The position numbers and the translations under genes were made by a program. From contig JBNKUM010000090.1 in the NCBI GenBank assembly GCA_050298595.1, positions 1-24,865 on the forward strand: a stretch of DNA of 24,865 nt, in the 5' to 3' direction. How positions within the stretch are numbered: position 1 is the first letter of the stretch; each line of letters opens with the position of its first letter. Shown here in pieces: positions 18,510 through 24,865 of the stretch. A model generated the notes under the pieces. That model was given only the letters and a program-made list of their open reading frames with translations, made no database searches and had not been told where the DNA came from. Origin of the DNA: Gammaproteobacteria bacterium (GTDB taxonomy: Bacteria > Pseudomonadota > Gammaproteobacteria > GCA-001735895).

Positions 18510-19367
18510 TCAGTGCTGCGGAGACATCACTTTGTAGAGAACCCACGAAAACAACAGGATGATCAACAGATAGATCAGAGCGATAGCGGAAGAATGGCCC
18601 AGGTCGAATTGCTTTACCGCAGTCTGCATAATCTCATGTGACAGAAATATGGTTGATTTGCCCGGCCCGCCACGGGTCAGGATAAACGGCTCAATATATA
18701 TCATGAAACTATCCAGGAAACGTAACAGTACAGCGATCATTAGCACCCGTTTCAGCCGAGGTAACTCTACATGGCGAAAGATATTCCAGCGGCTCGCACC
18801 ATCGACTTGCGCAGCCTGATAATAAGGGTATGGAATCGCCAGTAAGCCTGAATAACACAGCAGCACCACCAGACTCGTCCAGTGCCAGACATCGACAAAG
18901 ACAATGACAGCCCAGGCCGTTATCATATGGTTCATATCAATGCTTGTATGAAACAAAGACAGCAGCGCGCCGAGAGAGCCCCACTGCGGGTGAATAATCA
19001 ACAGCCACATCAATCCCACAGCCACCCAGGGGATCATCAACGGTACCGCGATAACCATGATATAAATCGAAACCAGTTTGCCTTTTCTCGGCAACGAGAG
19101 GGCAATCAGAATCCCCAGGGGTACTTCGATACTCAAAACGATGATCGAAAAGGCAAAGGTTCGCAGCAGACTGTGATAAAACTCGCTGGAACCCAGTACT
19201 TCGCTAAACCACTTCGCACCCACCCAGAAAAAATCGTTGCCGTAAAAAACGTCCTGTACCGAATAGTTCACGATCGCCATAATCGGGATAAAGGTGCTGA
19301 AGCTGACCACTAACAGCGCAGGCAGGATAAACACAAAGGCTTTATTATTCGGTGTTTTCAAAATCAT
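18510..19367 (-). CDS. carbohydrate ABC transporter permease (GlpP-like subunit of glycerol-type ABC importers)
   Basis: VNYSVQD, IEVPLG, DVWHWTSLVVLLCY, EAA loop YYQAAQVDGASRW, LLRFLDSFMIY and GGPGKST motifs. Confidence 0.9.
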   Translation of the reverse strand: MILKTPNNKAFVFILPALLVVSFSTFIPIMAIVNYSVQDVFYGNDFFWVGAKWFSEVLGSSEFYHSLLRTFAFSIIVLSIEVPLGILIALSLPRKGKLVSIYIMVIAVPLMIPWVAVGLMWLLIIHPQWGSLGALLSLFHTSIDMNHMITAWAVIVFVDVWHWTSLVVLLCYSGLLAIPYPYYQAAQVDGASRWNIFRHVELPRLKRVLMIAVLLRFLDSFMIYIEPFILTRGGPGKSTIFLSHEIMQTAVKQFDLGHSSAIALIYLLIILLFSWVLYKVMSPQH

Positions 19368-19514
19368 TTTTCAACCGGGTACAGACAGCAAACCTTACCT
19401 GAAAAGTACAGGTTTGATCCAGTTGAATTGTTGTTATCTACTGATGCGCTTTTTTAGCAACACGAACTTCCGATCCGAAGCAAGCAGCTCGACCTGCTTA
19501 AACCAGCTTTGAGT

Positions 19515-19640
19515 TTATGATAATAGTTCAGGGCATTCATCCATCAAAAGAGGTCTCGCCATTTCCTTATTCCCTACCGTGGAAACGTAAGAAAATTACC
19601 GAAGTGATATTTGCCACCTGGTCAACGATGACACCTGCTA
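19515..19640 (-). mobile_element. highly decayed 5' remnant of a RAYT-like tyrosine transposase gene
   Basis: 19549-19585 is 33/37 identical to 23177-23213, which is the RBS and start of the transposase remnant. It reads MARPLLMDECPELLS* from ATG 19562, compared with MARPLRIEFP in the other copy. Confidence 0.65.
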
Positions 19641-19653
19641 GCTGATAAACAAG

Positions 19654-20538
19654 TCAGTTTATCTGCAGCTTGTCTGCAATAATGTCGAACACCCTTCTCA
19701 CTCGCGGATTACTGCGTAGTTCGCGATGACTGACGAGCCACAGGGGCAGGGTCATCGGCGGTCCGAGATCAGGGTAGAGGATAGACAGAGAGGAATCCTT
19801 CATGCCGATATGCTCGGGAAACAGCCCCACGCCCATGCCACCCCTGACCAGCTGCCATTGCGTGGTGTGCGAGTGAGTGATTACGGAGATATTTCTTTGA
19901 CCCAGTTTCCAGCCTGATGCATTCAATATCTCAAGCATCTGCCGGGTATCATCAAAGCCTACCATGCGCAGTTGAGGGAACCCCTGTTCAGGTGGGTCCT
20001 GATTGAGCTTGCCGACATAAGCAGAATCGCCAAAAAACCAGATGCGCTCATCGCCCAGTTTTTTTGCAATCAAATCTGGCTCGGTGGGCCGAAAGCTTCG
20101 AATCGCGATATCAGCCTCTCGCTGTTTCAGATCACTGGCCTGATTGCTGGCAATTAACTTGATCTGTATACCCGGTTCTAACTCATTAAGGTAAAGAATG
20201 ATGTCGGGCATTCTGAACATGGCATCGATTTCACTGGCTGATATGCACACCTGCCCTTCAAGATTTTGCGATTGTCCGGTTGCGACCAGAGAAAACTGCT
20301 TGAATGCCTCCTCCATGGTCCGGGCATGTTGCAACAGTTGCTCACCCGCCGAGGTCAACATAACGCCCTTTCCCACGCGCTCGAACAGAGTGAGTTCCAG
20401 TGTTTCTTCCAGCGCAGAAACCTGGCGGCTAAGCGTGGGTTGCGAGGTGGCCAGCTTTTCAGAGGCCCTGGAAAAAGAACCTGTCTCTGCGCTGAGCAGA
20501 AAGGCTCGGATATGATTCCAATCTATTCTTGCTGACAT
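19654..20538 (-). CDS. LysR-family regulator
   Basis: DWNHIRAFL..AETGSFSRA..L..SQPTLSRQVSALEETL HTH, and DLKQREADIAIR. Start placed at ATG 20538 (MSARIDW). Confidence 0.94.
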   Translation of the reverse strand: MSARIDWNHIRAFLLSAETGSFSRASEKLATSQPTLSRQVSALEETLELTLFERVGKGVMLTSAGEQLLQHARTMEEAFKQFSLVATGQSQNLEGQVCISASEIDAMFRMPDIILYLNELEPGIQIKLIASNQASDLKQREADIAIRSFRPTEPDLIAKKLGDERIWFFGDSAYVGKLNQDPPEQGFPQLRMVGFDDTRQMLEILNASGWKLGQRNISVITHSHTTQWQLVRGGMGVGLFPEHIGMKDSSLSILYPDLGPPMTLPLWLVSHRELRSNPRVRRVFDIIADKLQIN

Positions 20539-20548
20539 TTCCAGCCCC

Positions 20549-20587
20549 ATACAAATACGTATAGATAGTATACACATACTGTAGATT
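20549..20587. promoter_or_regulatory. putative tandem LysR operator half-sites
   Basis: ATACAAATAC (20549) and ATACACATAC (20570) repeat 21 bp apart in the divergent spacer. The first lies in the imperfect palindrome ATACAAATACGTAT. Confidence 0.45.
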
Positions 20588-20640
20588 AAATTTAAAAATG
20601 AATAGATATACTGAGCTTAACAAAACCAACCAGGTACAAC

Positions 20641-21342
20641 ATGAAAACAAAACGCATCTGCATTATTGGCGCATCAGGAAAGCTAGGTCGGTATATGATT
20701 CAGCACTGCATCGATAGAGGCTATCAGATCAATGCGGTATGCCGCCCGCAAAGTATCGATAAGCTAAACCGTTACCGGGGGTGTATCGAGCTGTTTCCTG
20801 GTCGCAGCGACGATACGGCTGTGATTCGTGAGGCGGTTGCTAACTGCGATGCGGTACTGACGGTGCTGGTACCCTGGGGTGTGAATGATTACTCTAGCGG
20901 CACTGCGCAGGCAGTGCTGGACCATGCTCCCACGAATGCACGCCTGATTTTTTCCTGCGGCTGGCACATCAGCCTGGATGGTGAGGATAGCTATTCATGG
21001 ACTTTCAAGGCATTTCTTAAGGTGTTTGGTTTTGTTGCCCGATTACTTCGTTTTGCCGATATCGATGATCAGGTCGAAGCCTGCAAGCGCATTTTTGCCA
21101 GCAAGCGCAACTGGACTGTGGTTCGTTGCAGCGATATAGAGGAAGGTGAGTCCGAGGGTTTGCCGGTGTGGAGCGAGCATGTAGGGGATGCAATACTGGC
21201 CACTAACCGGACTCGTAGAGTCGATTTTGCCCTGTTCATGGTGCATGCCATAGAAGATGCTTCATTGATTCATAAGGCACCAGCCATCGTAAGTCAGGCT
21301 GCGGAGTCCGCGCAGAAACATCTTTCAATCAAAACAGGATAA
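20641..21342 (+). CDS. NAD(P)H-binding Rossmann oxidoreductase (flavin reductase/BVR-B-like atypical SDR)
   Basis: ICIIGASGKLG nucleotide-binding motif, plus WTVVR and TRRVDFA. Confidence 0.85.
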   Translation: MKTKRICIIGASGKLGRYMIQHCIDRGYQINAVCRPQSIDKLNRYRGCIELFPGRSDDTAVIREAVANCDAVLTVLVPWGVNDYSSGTAQAVLDHAPTNARLIFSCGWHISLDGEDSYSWTFKAFLKVFGFVARLLRFADIDDQVEACKRIFASKRNWTVVRCSDIEEGESEGLPVWSEHVGDAILATNRTRRVDFALFMVHAIEDASLIHKAPAIVSQAAESAQKHLSIKTG

Positions 21343-21355
21343 CTGGATCCATTAG

Positions 21356-21386
21356 GTAGGGTACAATAGCATCTACATATTGCACC
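21356..21386 (+). repeat. GTAG-tagged REP-like palindrome
   Basis: GTAG immediately followed by the hairpin GGTACAATA-GCATCTACA-TATTGCACC (8/9 paired), in the spacer between convergent genes. Single copy in this window. Confidence 0.6.
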
Positions 21387-21422
21387 AGAACTATAGTGAA
21401 TGTATCGAATCTTAACGTGTTA

Positions 21423-21956
21423 TCACTCCCTGCGTTGTTTAACGGCGGTTGCAAAATCAAGTAGAAACTTAGTGGTCGCCGATTCGAATTCAGGTTGATG
21501 CAACAACTCATCCACTTCATCGGGTGACTTACCGATGAGCGGTATCCGTAAAAACAACTGTTCAAAAAAATCTTTACTGACGGTCGAAAGCACCAGCCTG
21601 AGTGAATTCAACATATCGTCTCCGCGATGGGATGCATGCACCAAAGCAATTGGTTTGTCGATAATTTCAAAGCGGGAAACCATCCAGTCAATGGCGTTCT
21701 TTAAGCCGCCGGGAATGGCCCGGACGTACTCCGGGCTGGAAATGATGATGCCATCGTGAGCATTCAGCATTGTCATGAACTTTTCGACCACCTCAGGGGT
21801 TTCTTCTTCCTGGTCCGGCGAAAACACGGGCAACGTGTTGAGCGCGTGAAAAACCGATATCTCGAAACCAGCCGGAGCCATGTCTTTCATGGCTTTCAAT
21901 AACGCCGTATTGGTCGATGCAGCACGTGCGCTGCCTGAAACGGCCAGTATCTTCAT
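21423..21956 (-). CDS. NADPH-dependent FMN reductase
   Basis: MKILAVSGSARAASTN and SSPEYVRAIPGGLKNAIDW motifs. Start is ATG 21956 or 21962. The ORF track's extension to 22043 runs into the IS remnant. Confidence 0.9.
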   Translation of the reverse strand: MKILAVSGSARAASTNTALLKAMKDMAPAGFEISVFHALNTLPVFSPDQEEETPEVVEKFMTMLNAHDGIIISSPEYVRAIPGGLKNAIDWMVSRFEIIDKPIALVHASHRGDDMLNSLRLVLSTVSKDFFEQLFLRIPLIGKSPDEVDELLHQPEFESATTKFLLDFATAVKQRRE

Positions 21957-22021
21957 ATTCATTCCAATCCGAAAAAAACTACTATATAACCTATGCCTGT
22001 CAATATGATGCGCAGCGAGTC

Positions 22022-22196
22022 TCACTCGTACAGGCAATGCCATAACACATGCGTTAACTTTTCAAATCGGCTCATGTTTTATTTCTCCAAAGCTTCGTTG
22101 TGGGGACAACTCGGCTTCGAATATAGACATAGGCCGTCATGAGTGACAGGCTGAGCCTATCACTCATGACCACGCCCTAATGACGTGGTTTTTTAC
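22022..22196 (-). mobile_element. tnpA: IS200/IS605-family left end with truncated tnpA
   Basis: Minus strand: subterminal hairpin ACCACGTC-ATTAG-GGCGTGGT (22189-22169), a 16-bp hairpin GTCATGAGTGATAGGC-TCA-GCCTGTCACTCATGAC (22170-22136), RBS GGAGA, then ATG 22075 reading MSRFEKLTHVLWHCLYE*. The peptide matches the IS200 TnpA N-terminus (H-x-x-W-x-C-x-Y-H-I-V-W) and breaks off before HIVW. Confidence 0.8.
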
Positions 22197-22197
22197 G

Positions 22198-22380
22198 CTA
22201 AACTAAATAATTTTTCCAGCCCTGTGAAGCCCCCTGCTCATAGTCTCGCTGCAACGCCTGTCCGTAATCTTCGCGTTCATTACCAAACAGAGCACGATAT
22301 CGGTTCAAGCGGTCGTTATCAGAACTGATTAGAATATCCCGGTAATAATGTCCTATTTCATGACGCAGTTGACCTACTAA
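22198..22380 (-). pseudogene. internal fragment of a putative zinc metallopeptidase (Peptidase_Mx-like)
   Basis: Reads LVGQLRHEIGHYYRDILISSDNDRLNRYRALFGNEREDYGQALQRDYEQGASQGWKNYLV*, which has HExxH and the family pattern RHEIGHYY...RALFGDERxDY..AL.. No start codon, and it ends at the IS200 left end. Confidence 0.75.
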
Positions 22381-22417
22381 AGAAAGTCACCGAGAGCTTA
22401 GTGGAACTACTTAAAAA

Positions 22418-22498
22418 GGCATCACCCTGCTAGAAGACAGTCAGGGCAAGCAGCATACTATTGACAAAGATCAGCTAGTAGTACTCAGTAAAGCTGAC
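22418..22498 (+). pseudogene. 81-bp pirin gene fragment, diverged direct repeat of 15611-15691
   Basis: GITLLEDSQGKQHTIDKDQLVVLSKAD versus pirin GAALLEDSQGKQHAVGKDQLVVLSKGD. Hand count gives 64/81 nt and 21/27 aa identical with no indels. Confidence 0.88.
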
Positions 22499-22572
22499 AC
22501 CGACATAAAACAGCGGAACTAAAGGCTGGCGTTTTTTACCCACTGCAGACAAATGTACGCCATCTAACAATG

Positions 22573-22746
22573 CTAGTGAGTATCTTCAAGCTGTTGTTGC
22601 AGATCATCAATCATCTCCAGCAACAAACAACTATGCTGGTAATCCGCATAACTCACTTTGACTTGATCATTGGAATAGACCTGAGAAGAAAGTCCACTGA
22701 TAGTTTCCAGAATCAGTTCTTCGTTTGGGGAGTACAGATCTTTCAT
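22573..22746 (-). CDS. small acidic hypothetical protein (57 aa)
   Basis: ATG 22746 preceded by SD-like TAGGTG. Sequence MKDLYSPNEELILETISGLSSQ...EDTH, with an AT-rich upstream region. No family recognised. Confidence 0.4.
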   Translation of the reverse strand: MKDLYSPNEELILETISGLSSQVYSNDQVKVSYADYQHSCLLLEMIDDLQQQLEDTH

Positions 22747-22860
22747 AACAGTCACCTAAAATTAATATCTTTAATTGTTATATCGGCTGGTAACAGTTTT
22801 TGTTTAGTCTTTTTCAAGTATTTATCATTTGTGTGATGTTAAATTTTTCACTCTAAGAAT

Positions 22861-23267
22861 CTTACATTTTACATCAAGGCTTCATAAGCTTTTACAACCT
22901 GACTTACCGTTGCATAGCTACACCCAAAATATGCACCAACATCTTCCAATGTATAGTGTCCGCTAAGGTTGGCCTTTACCATCGCAGTATTTCTCTCTAC
23001 ACCCTTCTTAGCGTAATTGCTAATTGGTCGCGGTGGTGCCTGACCAGTCATATCGACTGGCCGTCAGATTGAGTAGATCAGGAAACCTTACCCGATCAGC
23101 ATCTTTCAGGTAAATCGCGCCCTGAGCATTACTGCATGAGGAGATATAGTATAAAGCACACGGAAACTCGATTCGTAGAGGTCTGGCCATTTTCTTATTT
23201 CCTGCCGTGGAAAACTCGAAAAAGCTTTCAAATCCAACCCCTGGTGTCAAATATAAGGCCTGACCCC
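22861..23267 (-). mobile_element. internally deleted RAYT-like (Y1/HUH) transposase pseudogene with terminal inverted-repeat remnants
   Basis: From ATG 23190 it reads MARPLRIEFPCALYYISSCSNAQGAIYLKDADRVRFPDLL..RYDW (cf. MARPLRIEFPGALYHVTSRGN). This is joined out of frame near 23045 to the C-terminal HTH QAPPRP...SGHYTLEDVGAYFGCSYATVSQVVK. The HUH motif is absent. Upstream TGGTGTCAAATATAAG-GCCTGACCCC (23242-23267) is inverted relative to 22861-22876 (13/16). Confidence 0.82.
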
Positions 23268-23309
23268 ATGGTTTGTGCCCCCAAGGTTTGCACCTGACCC
23301 CAGGTTTTG
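23259..23309 (+). repeat. three degenerate tandem copies of TG[A/C]CCCC-a-n-GGTTT(T)G at the transposase end
   Basis: CCTGACCCCATGGTTTG (23259-23275), TGCCCCCAAGGTTTG (23276-23290) and CACCTGACCCCAGGTTTTG (23291-23309). Confidence 0.7.
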
Positions 23310-23469
23310 CTGTAGGAGTCGATACCGAAATGATCCGTAAAAATGTGAAATACCATGAAAAGTTAAGGTGGACTCTTTACTTTTTTCCCTACGTCAATTC
23401 CCTAAACTATTTCCATCCTTAATTTTCCTGCAAGCCCCATTTTTAAGATCACGAATCAAAAGTTAAAAC

Positions 23470-24865
23470 ATGAAGACTATTATGAAGATCAAATTACTTA
23501 TTTTACTAATGCTAGCATCGTTATTTTCCGTCAATGCCTTTGCATGGCTAGGTATGCCAACCCCTATGTTACATGTGGAAGGTCGTTACCTGAAAAACCC
23601 TGATGGAGAAAATGTTACATTACGTGGTGGTTGGATGCAGCCAACGGAAACCTGGTTTAATGGCCGGGGAAAATGGTATAGAAATCCATCAAATTGGACC
23701 GATCCGAATGATGTTGCGGGTATGCTGAACTTTTTTAAAGAGACCGCAGACCTTATGAGTGACCCCAGCCCAAGATATGGTAAAGACCACGGCTGGTATG
23801 CCACCTTTGTGCGTGTCAATCTAGATGGAATTGGCGGTTGGACAAACGAAGCGGGACTGGTTGACCAGACACAATTCAATGCCTGGATACAGAACTTTGT
23901 TGTGCCTTACGCCAACTACCTAAAGACTCGTGGTCTTTACCTGGTAATTAGTGCGACCGGTCCGGTTACCACTCCAAATAAAAAAATAGCAGAGCACTCG
24001 CGCCTGCATGCGTTCTGGAATACCTTTGCCAACGCCCCGGGGGTGAAGAACTCCGACAACATCATGTTCGAGCTTCTGAACGAGCCGGTTGATATTGAAT
24101 CCTCTCCTGGTAATGGCGACTGGGGCAAAGGTGAGGCGAAATACTTCAGCGCATTTAGAGACTGGATTCAACCAGTTATTGATGGAATCCGAGATACAGG
24201 CGCAAACAATGTGATATGGGTACCGACTCTCGAGTGGCAGGGTTCACCTCAACAACACGCACAGTTTCCTTTTACATGCACCAATTGCGGTATTGCAGCA
24301 CACTATTATCCGGCTTATGGCGGTTGCTACGACAATGTCGATTGTCATAACAGGTTATGGGAAAGAAATTACAAACCTGCAACAGATATATGGCCAATGA
24401 TTATCACAGAGAATTTCTGGTTTCCGGAAGATAATGGACTGGACGCAGGTAGTACAGCAAACTATGGCAATACCTTTAAGGCTAACATCGATAAGGAAGG
24501 TAACGTTTCTTATATGCTCGGATTTATAGGAGACCTGATTGATGTTGACAATGCGCGGCCTCAAGATGCTAACTTGAACTCAAAGGAAGGTGCACAAGCA
24601 GCTTTTGAATGGTGGTACCAGTCTAATTCACAGTCTGATACATGCACACCAACCACCATCACCCCGTATGTACAGGTAGACGACGGAAGTTGGGAACAAA
24701 CTGCAAGTGTCACAAAAGATGCAAGCGCAACAGCTAAATTTGGTCCTCAACCCACATCAGGCGGCTCATGGTCGTGGAGCGGATGCGGCACATCCGGCAG
24801 CTCACGCGAACAAACGATTTCCCCGACAGACTCCTGTACTGCTACAGCTACCTATACCAATTTCT
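23470..24865 (+). CDS. secreted GH5 glycoside hydrolase (possibly xylan-active) with C-terminal beta-rich module; 3'-partial
   Basis: Hand-translated open frame from ATG 23470 (or 23482) to the window end, absent from the ORF track because it has no stop. Signal peptide ...SVNAFA|WLGMPTPMLHVEGRYLK, FVR, FELLNEP (acid/base, 24079-24087), AAHYYP, IITEN (nucleophile Glu at 24409), and a Cys-flanked module CTPTTITPYVQV...FGPQP..GGSWSWSGC from 24643. Confidence 0.9.
   Translation, partial: MKTIMKIKLLILLMLASLFSVNAFAWLGMPTPMLHVEGRYLKNPDGENVTLRGGWMQPTETWFNGRGKWYRNPSNWTDPNDVAGMLNFFKETADLMSDPSPRYGKDHGWYATFVRVNLDGIGGWTNEAGLVDQTQFNAWIQNFVVPYANYLKTRGLYLVISATGPVTTPNKKIAEHSRLHAFWNTFANAPGVKNSDNIMFELLNEPVDIESSPGNGDWGKGEAKYFSAFRDWIQPVIDGIRDTGANNVIWVPTLEWQGSPQQHAQFPFTCTNCGIAAHYYPAYGGCYDNVDCHNRLWERNYKPATDIWPMIITENFWFPEDNGLDAGSTANYGNTFKANIDKEGNVSYMLGFIGDLIDVDNARPQDANLNSKEGAQAAFEWWYQSNSQSDTCTPTTITPYVQVDDGSWEQTASVTKDASATAKFGPQPTSGGSWSWSGCGTSGSSREQTISPTDSCTATATYTNF

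Noticed and set aside
19368-19512. Possible remnant of an ABC ATPase gene upstream of the permeases
   Set aside because: No ATPase-like peptide was visible on the minus strand. Only a small bulged hairpin (19389-19416) of unclear meaning is present.
21963-22043. N-terminal extension of the FMN reductase in the ORF track
   Set aside because: Family similarity starts at MKILAVSGS, and the extension overlaps the IS200 tnpA remnant in another frame.
22136-22194. Long hairpin plus T-run read as a riboswitch, sRNA or attC site
   Set aside because: No recognisable aptamer motifs and no RYYYAAC/GTTRRRY pair. The adjacent tnpA start explains it better as an IS200 left end.
22525-22570. ATCTAAC/GTTAGAT core with GGCGT...ACGCC arms as an integron attC
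   Set aside because: No matching complementary core site at a suitable distance, no cassette array and no integrase.
22570-22836. 88-aa plus-strand ORF
   Set aside because: No RBS or family features, and it is antisense to the better supported small ORF.
23259-23309. Short repeats as a mini CRISPR array
   Set aside because: Units are 15-19 bp, degenerate and abutting, with no spacers and no cas genes.
23312-23340. GTAGGAG as another REP
   Set aside because: No palindrome follows the GTAG.
23586-24564. Minus-strand ORFs of 63-97 aa in the ORF track
   Set aside because: They are antisense shadows of the long plus-strand GH5 frame.

Overview
Chromosomal segment of a Gammaproteobacterium. Bases 1-13,000 are conserved core genes: an rRNA-operon promoter and leader running off the left edge on the minus strand, then tyrS, an M23 peptidase, anmK, an outer-membrane beta-barrel, erpA (with a type-1 IscR box), bactofilin, a DUF6776-like protein, argC, a TlpA-like protein, hemJ, ptsP, rppH, a HAD phosphatase and dcd. 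From about 13 kb the window looks accessory. It holds a LysR/azoR/decayed doxX/pirin module, then a tightly packed operon of two glycerol-type ABC permeases (no ATPase or binding protein), an acyltransferase-3 and an N-terminally hydrophobic GyrI-like protein. After that come a second LysR/oxidoreductase pair and an FMN reductase. At 22.0-23.3 kb there is a cluster of gene fragments, mostly absent from the ORF track: an IS200-family left end, a Peptidase_Mx fragment, a diverged pirin fragment and an internally deleted RAYT-like transposase. The window ends in a secreted GH5 glycoside hydrolase that the ORF track missed and that runs off the right edge. I saw no CRISPR array, tRNA, integron or recognisable defence system. 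The best candidate for an undescribed system is the permease/acyltransferase/GyrI-like operon, and that is inference only. All family assignments come from motif recognition by eye, not from database searches.
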